DNA of 64,000 bases from Smithella sp. M82 (GTDB lineage: Bacteria > Desulfobacterota > Syntrophia > Syntrophales > Smithellaceae), in assembly GCA_001683985.1 (NCBI GenBank), contig MAEO01000126.1, forward strand, positions 1,308 to 65,307, in the 5' to 3' direction. Below the pieces are notes generated by a model, which saw only the letters and a list, made by a program, of their open reading frames with translations, did not search any database and was not told the DNA's origin. The position numbers and the translations under genes are program-made. Below, piece after piece: positions 9,305-16,797 of this stretch (positions within the stretch are counted from its first letter, which is position 1; every line of letters starts with the position of its first letter).

Positions 9305-10392
9305 TGATTAAATCCGTTTATTTTTTCGGCAACTTCGTAAATATCTTTTTGAGTATGTCCGTATGAAATCGGCAGGCTGAGAGTTGAGGCATGTATGGCT
9401 TCCGAAATCGGATAGGATTTACTGCCCAACAGATCGTGTAAGGCTTTCTGTTTATGCGGCGGCACCGGATAATGAATTTCTGTCTTTATTCCCTGGTCCA
9501 TCAGATATTTCTTTAATTTATCTCTTTGAGGATGCCTGATATTGAAAATATGATAAATATCATGATAACCATTCTGTACAACAGGCTTAATGAAATCTCC
9601 CTTTATTTTCTTTAAATATATCGCGGCAAGTTTTCTTTTATGATTATTTATTTCGTCGAGCTTTTTTAATTTTACGGATAAAAATGCCGCTTGTAATTCG
9701 TCCAGTCGCGAATTGTATCCGATAATTTCATTATAATATTTTATCCTGGAACCGTAATTTCTGAACATTTTTGCCTGCTGTGCAAGTTCCGGGTCATTTG
9801 TAACAATAGCTCCGGCATCGCCAAGCGCGCCTAAATTTTTTGTAGGATAAAAACTGAACGCATTACAGTGTCCGAAAGCGCCGGCTTTCTTTTTCTTATA
9901 TTCAGCGCCGTGAGCCTGAGCGCAGTCTTCAATAACTTTTAACTTACGACGCTTTGCTATTTCCATTATCGCATCCATATCGCACATTTTTCCATACAAA
10001 TGGACAGGCATAATCGCCGCAGTCTTGGACGTTACAGCATCTTCTATTTTTTCAGGATCGATATTGTATGTCTTTATATCCGGCTCGATCAGAATGGGTC
10101 TCAACCCGCAGTGGATAATGGAAAGTATTGTTGCAATATAAGTATTTGACGGAACAATTATTTCCGAACCGGGCTTTATGCGAAATATTTTGAGCGAGAT
10201 AATCAGCGCATCCAGACCGGATGCGACACCTATGCAATTTTTTACGCCGCAATAATCGGCAAATGCATTTTCAAATTTATTCACCGCCTGACCGAGAATA
10301 TAAAAACCTCTTTTGGCGACATCAGCGAAAGCTTTTTTATAATCCGCCAGAAATGACCTGTTTGTCCCGGATAAATTTTCATATTCGATCAT
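9301..10392 (-). CDS. DegT/DnrJ/EryC1/StrS-family sugar aminotransferase (PLP-dependent)
   Basis: Full-length family pattern, including ..DCAQAHGA.., [11 protein letters not shown] (the PLP lysine region) and ..SLSLPI... 4-nt overlaps on both sides indicate an operon. Confidence 0.9.
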   Translation of the reverse strand: MIEYENLSGTNRSFLADYKKAFADVAKRGFYILGQAVNKFENAFADYCGVKNCIGVASGLDALIISLKIFRIKPGSEIIVPSNTYIATILSIIHCGLRPILIEPDIKTYNIDPEKIEDAVTSKTAAIMPVHLYGKMCDMDAIMEIAKRRKLKVIEDCAQAHGAEYKKKKAGAFGHCNAFSFYPTKNLGALGDAGAIVTNDPELAQQAKMFRNYGSRIKYYNEIIGYNSRLDELQAAFLSVKLKKLDEINNHKRKLAAIYLKKIKGDFIKPVVQNGYHDIYHIFNIRHPQRDKLKKYLMDQGIKTEIHYPVPPHKQKALHDLLGSKSYPISEAIHASTLSLPISYGHTQKDIYEVAEKINGFNQ

Positions 10393-10754
10393 TTGTATTC
10401 CTCGTAAATGTAATCATCCGGATCGAAATATTCAGATGCCAGCACCATTAAAATAGCATCTTCTGTAAAGTCATGCATAATATGCCAATCATTGGGCTCA
10501 ATTATAAGGCACTTTGACGGCTTATTAAGATAAAAATCTTCTTTTGCAGCGCCATCGTTATTGGATACGACACAACTACCTTTCAGGCAGATAGCCGCCT
10601 GAACAGTTTTGTGATGCCGGTGTCCCCCGCGAACGGAATCATCCACGCCGTAAATATAGAAAATTCTCTTAATCTCAAAAGGAATTACTTTTTCGATTAC
10701 CGTAAGATTGCCGCGTTTATCCGAAAATGTCTTAAGATCGATCAGTTTTGCCAT
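10389..10754 (-). CDS. WxcM/FdtA-like sugar 3,4-ketoisomerase (cupin)
   Basis: From the internal ATG 10754 the sequence reads [40 protein letters not shown], the FdtA-type signature. The track's upstream extension to 10868 overlaps the GT4 gene and looks spurious. Confidence 0.8.
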   Translation of the reverse strand: MAKLIDLKTFSDKRGNLTVIEKVIPFEIKRIFYIYGVDDSVRGGHRHHKTVQAAICLKGSCVVSNNDGAAKEDFYLNKPSKCLIIEPNDWHIMHDFTEDAILMVLASEYFDPDDYIYEEYK

Positions 10755-11970
10755 GTGTTTCCTTGTATTTTTCAATATAATATTCAGCGATAGCTTTCCA
10801 GTTGAATTTCGTCTGAATAAGCTCAAGTGATTTTCTTCCCATATCGATACGCAAGCTTTCATCTTCAATTAACCGACTGACTAAAACAGCTAATTTCTTG
10901 TAATCTCCTTCCGGGTGAAGAAAACCGTTAACACCATCGAACACTACAAGATCATTCCCCCCGACATTGGATGCGACGATAGGCCGGCTGCAAGCCATCG
11001 CTTCCGGCACAACCGTATTCAAGCCATCCGGCGGATTTTTCTCCGAAGGCATTAGAAATATATCACACGCCGAATAATAATCGGCCAATTCATTCGCAGT
11101 TACATAACCGATAAATATTACATGTCCGGAAGTATTGTCTTGATTTAAAATTTTCATGTACTCGTTTTTTAAATTACCATCTCCAATAATGGCCAATTTA
11201 ATATTTTTATGTCTTTCTGCAATATATTTTAAAGCCCGAAAAGCCGTGGAGAAACCTTTCTTGGGGATAAACCGACCAATCATTAAAAGCAATATATCGT
11301 CATCGTTTATCGCTAATTTCTCTCTGATAATTTTTCTTTTTTCAGCCGAAAAATATATTTTTCTATCATCAACTCCGTAAATAACATAATCAATTTTCTC
11401 CGAATCGATACCACTTCTGACCAATTCTTCTTTCAAATCGGCGCTATTACAGGATAGGTAATCGGATTTAGCAACAATTCTTGCCATGATTTTCCCTAAT
11501 ATTCCTGTGTTTCTAATGACTGTGACATCCGAGCCCGGAAACGAAGTAAGAATTCTCGTTCTCGAACCGGCAAGCCATTTCGCTCCGACCGCAATGAGTG
11601 TATTAGGGACTGCCCAGTGACAATGCAGAAAGTCATAATTTTCCCGTTTTAATAATCCGGCAAGTTTGATCACCCCGGCAATTATTAAAAATGGCGTCAG
11701 TAAAATTGTCGTTTTTGATATTTGGGTATCGTTTATCATAGAATTACCGTATCCGATCAAATGCCAGGATTTAAACGGCATATATCTATACTCGACTATT
11801 TTTATTTTATCTGCCTTGTCTGTTTTTCTGCGCTCACCTGAATACAATGGCGTAAATACGGTCAGCTCATTTCCTAAATCGGCATACGCCTTAGCAAGCG
11901 ATGCGATAAAGTTTGATCTCCAGTCCCCGATGAAAAAAGGATAAGAATGAGAAACAATGCATATTTTCAT
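10732..11970 (-). CDS. Family 4 (GT-B) glycosyltransferase
   Basis: The N-terminus MKICIVSHSYPFF..GD and the C-terminal ..LMPSEKNPPDGLNTVVPEAMACSRPIVASNVGG.. (E-x7-E region) are typical of GT4. Confidence 0.85.
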   Translation of the reverse strand: MKICIVSHSYPFFIGDWRSNFIASLAKAYADLGNELTVFTPLYSGERRKTDKADKIKIVEYRYMPFKSWHLIGYGNSMINDTQISKTTILLTPFLIIAGVIKLAGLLKRENYDFLHCHWAVPNTLIAVGAKWLAGSRTRILTSFPGSDVTVIRNTGILGKIMARIVAKSDYLSCNSADLKEELVRSGIDSEKIDYVIYGVDDRKIYFSAEKRKIIREKLAINDDDILLLMIGRFIPKKGFSTAFRALKYIAERHKNIKLAIIGDGNLKNEYMKILNQDNTSGHVIFIGYVTANELADYYSACDIFLMPSEKNPPDGLNTVVPEAMACSRPIVASNVGGNDLVVFDGVNGFLHPEGDYKKLAVLVSRLIEDESLRIDMGRKSLELIQTKFNWKAIAEYYIEKYKETHGKTDRS

Positions 11971-12016
11971 TTTATTGCCTGTGTTATCTTTTTAATCCAA
12001 ACGATATTTCAGTGGG

Positions 12017-12166
12017 TTTCCTCTGAAAATGCACATCTGGGTTATTGTTTATATTGTTATTTAAAAACTATCCTCTTCAAATCCCCCTCAATCCCCCTTT
12101 TCTAAAGGGGGGTGAGGGGGGATTTTTATCCTCCTTTGTGACGGCGTGCCGTCATGTGGGTTTCAT
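12017..12166 (+). repeat. Modular hairpin repeat, copy R1 (L arm + 1 hairpin module + R arm)
   Basis: The L arm is tttcctctgaaaatgcacatct..ttatttaaaaactatcc. The core is aaatccccctcaatccccc-ttttctaaa-ggggggtgaggggggattt. The R arm is ..cctttgtgacggcgtgccgtcatgtgggtttcat. R1 aligns with R5 and R6 over both arms. Confidence 0.85.
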
Positions 12167-12404
12167 AACCATATTTTATAAACCTGACATTAATTAAATA
12201 ACTTTACAAAAGCCATGCTTGCATTTAATAATAAAACAAAAATATTATCCAGAAATTAATAATATGGAAGCAATCAATACCGGATATTGTCACTAAATCC
12301 ATAAAGCACCGTTGCTTTTTTAATAAAATTATGTCAATTAAGTTCAGATGAATTTCAATTATCTTCCAGAACATATAGAACAGAACTAATTAATAAGGAA
12401 ACTC

Positions 12405-14483
12405 ATGCTGACAAAAGAAAACGGCTTTTCTTTTCCCATTATTTTCAAATTTCCCGAATTGCCGAAATATTTATTTATTTTCATTTCCCTTTTTATAGTT
12501 TTAATTTCAATTTACTCCAACAGTTTTTATGGGGAATGGCATTTTGATGATTATGCCAATATTGTCGATAATCCTCACATTCAGATGAAATCATTTTCCT
12601 GGCCGGAAATAAAACATTGCATATACGGTCTTGAACAAAAAAGACCGTCACGACCCTTGTCTTATTTAAGTTTCGCTTCCAACTATTATTTCCATGGGAA
12701 GGATGTATTTGGTTATCATGTGGTAAATTTTGCAATTCATTTCTTTGCATCCGTTTTCCTCTTTCTTTTTATTTACAACACATTGAAACTACCCCGACTA
12801 AAGAGTCAATATGAAAGTATTGCCTATCCCATAGCTTCCATCGCGACATTTTTCTGGGCTGTTCATCCTTTATGGGTCACTTCCGTCACTTATGTCGTTC
12901 AGCGAATGGCATCCATGGCCGGACTTTTTTACATTGCCTCCATGTATTTTTATTTAAAGGCACGCACGAATTCAAAATTTAAATATTCATTCTCATTCTT
13001 TATAATTAGTTTATTGTGCGGATTAGCTTCAATACTTACCAAAGAAAACGCAGCAATGCTGCCTGTCAGTATTCTTCTTTTCGATTTATTTCTTATAGCG
13101 GGCATTACCAGGCAAAATGTCATCAAATACGCAAAAATTGCGTTTCTGCCTTTATTAATTATTCTACTTATCGGTCTTATCTACGTTGATTTTTCCAACA
13201 TCCTGGACGAATATAAAATACGTGACTTCACTATGATCGAAAGAGTGATGACACAACCCCGTGTCATTTTATTTTATCTTTCCCTGTTATTTTATCCGAT
13301 TGGTTCACGATTAACTTTTCTTTATGATATTGATGTGTCCCGTTCCCTGCTCCAGCCCTGGACGACAATTCCATCAATATTGTTAATATTATTTATAATT
13401 ATTTTTGCCGTTTATATTGCCCGTAAGCGTCCCTTGATTTCTTTTTGCATTATTTTTTATTTTTTGAATCATCTTATTGAAGGCTCCATTTTCAATCTGG
13501 AATTAATTTATGAACATCGCAACTATTTACCTTCTATGCTTTTATTTATTCCTATTGCGGAATTCATAATTTACGTTATCGATTATTTTTCTTATAATAA
13601 AATCATTCAGTTTATAGTTGCTTTGGGCATAGCTATAATCATTACCGGAGAAGGCGACATCACCTACACTCGCAACAAAATAGTTTCTGATGATTTTCTC
13701 TTGTGGTTTGATAATATCGAAAAATCTCCGGCCCTGAGCAGACCGCACGCCAACACCGGCAGAATATATTTCATGTATAATCAAAAAGAAAAAGCGCTTC
13801 AGGAATACAAAAAAGCAATGGCTTTAAACAACTTTGGAAATAATGATATCCTGGCTATTCAACAATGCAACCTGGGCATATTGTATTTTGAAATGATGCA
13901 GGATGAGCCGGCTATGGAATGCTTCAGGAAGTCTTCTGCAATACTTCCTGAATATATACAAACCAATATTCATATAGCCAAAATAAAACTGCGCCATAAT
14001 AAAATCGAAGAGGCCAAACAAATAGTTTTAGATAAATTAAAAAAATACCGATCAGAGCCCAAGGTAATGGAACTATTAAGTCTTATACTGTTAAAAGACG
14101 GACAAATTAATGGCGCTCGATTTCTTGCCCGGAAACTTCTGGCAAAAGACCCGGATTCACTGCCCGCGCTGATGATCATGGCCGAAATCTGCCGCATAAA
14201 AAATAATTATCCGGTTGCCGTCTTGTTTTGGAAATCCGTCCGTTCGCTATCCCGGCAGAATGCTTTTGCCAATCTGGCGCTTATTGAATTGTACGCAAAG
14301 ATAAAAGATGAGAAAAAGTTGAATGCGGAAATTCGTCTCTTATATTACTTAAAAGGCTCCTTAAAATTAAGCGAATACATTCAAATGTTGAACAAAGATA
14401 AGAATCTAAATATATATGTTCCTAAACTCGAAAACTTTTCAGATGAAACCCACATGACGGCATGCCGTCACAAAGGAGGATAA
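12405..14483 (+). CDS. Polytopic membrane protein with C-terminal TPR repeats; GT-C (PMT/TMTC-like) glycosyltransferase candidate
   Basis: 692 aa with about 11-12 hydrophobic helices in aa 1-430. The first-loop motif WHFDDYANIVDNPHIQ resembles the DD/DE loop of PMT/TMTC-type GT-C enzymes. aa 450-650 contain TPR-like repeats. The last 12 codons (ETHMTACRHKGG*) are encoded by repeat copy R2. Confidence 0.55.
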   Translation: MLTKENGFSFPIIFKFPELPKYLFIFISLFIVLISIYSNSFYGEWHFDDYANIVDNPHIQMKSFSWPEIKHCIYGLEQKRPSRPLSYLSFASNYYFHGKDVFGYHVVNFAIHFFASVFLFLFIYNTLKLPRLKSQYESIAYPIASIATFFWAVHPLWVTSVTYVVQRMASMAGLFYIASMYFYLKARTNSKFKYSFSFFIISLLCGLASILTKENAAMLPVSILLFDLFLIAGITRQNVIKYAKIAFLPLLIILLIGLIYVDFSNILDEYKIRDFTMIERVMTQPRVILFYLSLLFYPIGSRLTFLYDIDVSRSLLQPWTTIPSILLILFIIIFAVYIARKRPLISFCIIFYFLNHLIEGSIFNLELIYEHRNYLPSMLLFIPIAEFIIYVIDYFSYNKIIQFIVALGIAIIITGEGDITYTRNKIVSDDFLLWFDNIEKSPALSRPHANTGRIYFMYNQKEKALQEYKKAMALNNFGNNDILAIQQCNLGILYFEMMQDEPAMECFRKSSAILPEYIQTNIHIAKIKLRHNKIEEAKQIVLDKLKKYRSEPKVMELLSLILLKDGQINGARFLARKLLAKDPDSLPALMIMAEICRIKNNYPVAVLFWKSVRSLSRQNAFANLALIELYAKIKDEKKLNAEIRLLYYLKGSLKLSEYIQMLNKDKNLNIYVPKLENFSDETHMTACRHKGG

Positions 14484-14648
14484 AAATCCCCCCTCACCCC
14501 CCTTTAGAAAAGGGGGGAAATCAAGCCCTGCCTTCTTTGCCCAAGAAGGGAACTCCCCCTTGAGAAAAGGGGGGAAATCAAGCCCTGCCTTCTTTGCCCA
14601 AGAAGGGAACTTCCCCCTTTAGAAAAGGGGGATTGAGGAGGATTTGAT
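14443..14648 (-). repeat. Modular hairpin repeat, copy R2 (R arm + 3 hairpin modules, L arm missing; internal 57-58-bp tandem duplication)
   Basis: R2 starts atgaaacccacatgacggcatgccgtcacaaaggagg, the reverse complement of the R1 R arm with 1 mismatch. The units at 14506-14562 and 14563-14620 are near-identical (agaaaaggggggaaatcaagccctgccttctttgcccaagaagggaact..). Confidence 0.85.
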
Positions 14649-14677
14649 AGCGTGATTTATAAATCACGCTATTTTTT
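14649..14677 (+). terminator. Rho-independent terminator (plus strand)
   Basis: AGCGTGATTT-at-AAATCACGCT perfect hairpin followed by aTTTTTT. There is no T-run on the opposite strand. Confidence 0.6.
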
Positions 14678-14698
14678 CAACAAATCCATTTTTCTATC

Positions 14699-15073
14699 TT
14701 ACAGATCCGGATAATACCATGTTCCGGTTTGGGCTTCGTCTAAAGTAGCACCTTTCACTGAATTTACCGTGATTAAAATATTGTTTCCGTCCGGGCCCGC
14801 TGTCACAGTATAATCATCACCGAGATCTAGGTCAGCTTGTACGGACGCCAGAACAGAACCAGGTGAAGTCGTTCCATTACCCCTCAACATCTGCGAAGCG
14901 TAATAATTACTCGCTCGCGCTTTTACCTCGGCAATCGCCGACTGAGCGGCAGCTCTTCGGGACTCTTCCATCATGCTAAGGTACCTGGGAATAGCAACCG
15001 CGGCTAAAATTCCTAAAATAACCAACACCGCAATGATTTCAATCAACGTAAAACCTTTTTCATTTTTTAACAT
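14699..15073 (-). CDS. Type IV major pilin (MshA-position)
   Basis: The 124-aa ORF has leader MLKNEKG|FTLIEIIAVLVILGILAAVAIP (G-1, F+1, E+5) and a small globular C-terminus. It lies next to the mshG/E-like genes and has a sigma54-type promoter upstream. Confidence 0.85.
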   Translation of the reverse strand: MLKNEKGFTLIEIIAVLVILGILAAVAIPRYLSMMEESRRAAAQSAIAEVKARASNYYASQMLRGNGTTSPGSVLASVQADLDLGDDYTVTAGPDGNNILITVNSVKGATLDEAQTGTWYYPDL

Positions 15074-15127
15074 TTTCCATCCCTCCTTATAGTTTTTTAC
15101 ATAATATTACTTTTTGCAGCCAACTGC

Positions 15128-15200
15128 TTCATCTGAAAATGCACATCTAAATCAAATCCCCCTCAATCCCCCTTTTTCTAAAGGGGGAAGTTCCTCTCTT
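15128..15200 (+). repeat. Modular hairpin repeat, copy R3 (short L arm + first hairpin; left half of a split copy)
   Basis: ttcatctgaaaatgcacatctaaatcaaatccccctcaatccccctttttctaaagggggaagttcctctctt matches R6 up to the ccctcttt arm of hairpin B. Confidence 0.75.
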
Positions 15201-15222
15201 CATAAATTTATATTTATAAAAA

Positions 15223-15238
15223 AGCAAAAGCTATGCCA
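15223..15238 (-). promoter_or_regulatory. Sigma54 (-24/-12) promoter candidate for the pilin gene
   Basis: The minus strand reads TGGCAT-AGCTT-TTGCT. The GG and GC are spaced exactly as in TGGCAC-N5-TTGCW, and the site is about 150 nt upstream of the pilin ATG (15073). Confidence 0.6.
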
Positions 15239-15414
15239 TTTCCGATACAATACAAACAATTTACTTGTATTAATTAATATAATTTCTAACTTATTCAATT
15301 ACTTCAATTTCTATTTATTGTCAACTTTAATATTTACATCAGTAATGATTCCTTAATAACACCATATTCAAAAAATTGATGTTTTATCTACAATTATTGT
15401 AGGCTTCTTAAACT

Positions 15415-15488
15415 AAAGAGGGCAGGGCCTGAGTTCCCCCCCCCCTTTTCTAAAGGGGGGTGAGGGGGGATTAAGGGGAGGGTGAAAG
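15415..15488 (+). repeat. Modular hairpin repeat, copy R4 (right half of split copy; C10 tract; degenerate R arm)
   Basis: aaagagggcagggcctgagtt-C10-ttttctaaaggggggtgaggggggatt matches R6 61409-61465. R4 has 10 C (15436-15445) where R6 has 6. Confidence 0.75.
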
Positions 15489-15555
15489 TTTATATTACCC
15501 ACTCACTTTGAGAAAGAACCAGATTCCAGATTTGTCTTATTTCTCTGTTTCCGTA

Positions 15556-16779
15556 TCAATGTTTTCCGGCCAGCTTTGTAAGATCCCACATCGGCAAAAA
15601 TATGGCTAAGGCAAAAAACCCGACAATCGCCGCCAACCCGACAATAAGAACAGGACCTATGGCATCGGAAAGACCTTTGATTGCATATTCAACTTCATCA
15701 TCGTAATGTTTGGCAATTTCACGCAACATTTCATCAATGTTACCCGATTCTTCACCAATCGCAATCATATCAATGACCATCGGGGTAAAATATTTTGCCG
15801 ATTTCAAAGGCGCTGAAATTCCAGCCCCTTCCTTAATTCGATCACGAATATGTTCAAATGATCTGGTCAGAGCTTCATTACCCATTGTGGCGGAAAGAAT
15901 AGTCAGCGATTGCATAATGGGAACACCGCTTGCCTGTAAAATAGCAAATATACTGGCAAAACGTGATAATGCCGCTTTCTTGAATAATTGTCCCACTATG
16001 GGAAGTTCCAATAAGAAACTATCCCTGACAAATTTGCCGTTTTTCGTTTTAAAATAATAAGCTAAGCCGAAAACAACTATTGCTGTTATAGTAAGAATTA
16101 TATACCAGTATTTGGCCAGAAAATTGTATAAAAACATGGCAATTCTTGTCGGCAGCGGCAAAACCAGCCCGGCAGTTTTAAAAACAGAAACAAATTGAGG
16201 TATTACAACAGTTAAAAGAACAACAAACGCTATACTTAAAGCAATAACAATTATCATCGGATATCTAACTGCCGATTTGATATCCGCTTTGACTTTCTCT
16301 TCGTGTTCGATGATGTAGATCAGACGATCTAAAACGATGGGAACATTTCCGCTCATCTCGCCTGCCTTGATCATATTACAGTAAAGACTGGAAAATATTT
16401 TAGGAAATTTCTCCAATGCCTCCGAAAAAGACAGACCCTGTTTGATATCCTGAATTATTGATAATATCGCTTTTTTTAAGCCGTGACTTTCAGTCTGGTT
16501 TGCCAAAATATCCAAGAGTCTGAGCATCGGCACGCCGGCAACCAGCATAGATCGTAATTGTTTTGTAAAAATAATCAAATCCGTCATTTTGACTCTGTCC
16601 GAACTAAACAGCGACTGCAACAGGCTTTCATCTCCTGATTTACTTTGTTCCTTTATTTTTGAAGGTATGAGATTGCGTGACATCAATATGGAATTTGCTA
16701 TTTGAATTGATTCAGCTTCCATGGTTCCGGAGACAGTATTTCCGCTGTCGTTAATTGCTTCGTAAAAATAGTTGGGCAT
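15556..16779 (-). CDS. mshG: Type IV pilus / T2SS platform protein (PilC/GspF family), MshG-like
   Basis: 407 aa with the duplicated GspF-domain pattern (..AGEMSGN.. and ..IGEESGN..) and three TM helices. It lies immediately downstream of the ATPase gene. Confidence 0.88.
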   Translation of the reverse strand: MPNYFYEAINDSGNTVSGTMEAESIQIANSILMSRNLIPSKIKEQSKSGDESLLQSLFSSDRVKMTDLIIFTKQLRSMLVAGVPMLRLLDILANQTESHGLKKAILSIIQDIKQGLSFSEALEKFPKIFSSLYCNMIKAGEMSGNVPIVLDRLIYIIEHEEKVKADIKSAVRYPMIIVIALSIAFVVLLTVVIPQFVSVFKTAGLVLPLPTRIAMFLYNFLAKYWYIILTITAIVVFGLAYYFKTKNGKFVRDSFLLELPIVGQLFKKAALSRFASIFAILQASGVPIMQSLTILSATMGNEALTRSFEHIRDRIKEGAGISAPLKSAKYFTPMVIDMIAIGEESGNIDEMLREIAKHYDDEVEYAIKGLSDAIGPVLIVGLAAIVGFFALAIFLPMWDLTKLAGKH

Positions 16780-16797
16780 TTTTATCCTTACCTGAAT

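Noticed and set aside
11971-12404. Sigma54 promoters upstream of the GT-C gene (AAGCCATGCTTGCAT near 12221), of the GT2 gene (TGGTAATGCAGGGATTGCT near 4889) and of the mshI-like gene
   Set aside because: The GG-N10-GC spacing is not satisfied or the GG is missing. Only the pilin-proximal site at 15223-15238 fits.
15114-15356. Track ORFs 15114..15356 (+) and 24737..24937 (-), which encode peptides such as ..QIPLNPPFSKGG.. and ..PLNPPFLKGEVPLLGKEG..
   Set aside because: They are direct translations of the GC-hairpin repeat copies (R3, R5). They have no RBS or coding context and the peptide follows the repeat, not a protein family.
12017-15488. Possibility that the clustered hairpin repeats form a CRISPR array
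   Set aside because: The units are not of constant length or spacing and the intervening sequences are genes or repeat arms rather than unique spacers. The repeats are self-complementary G/C runs in both orientations, and no cas genes are present.
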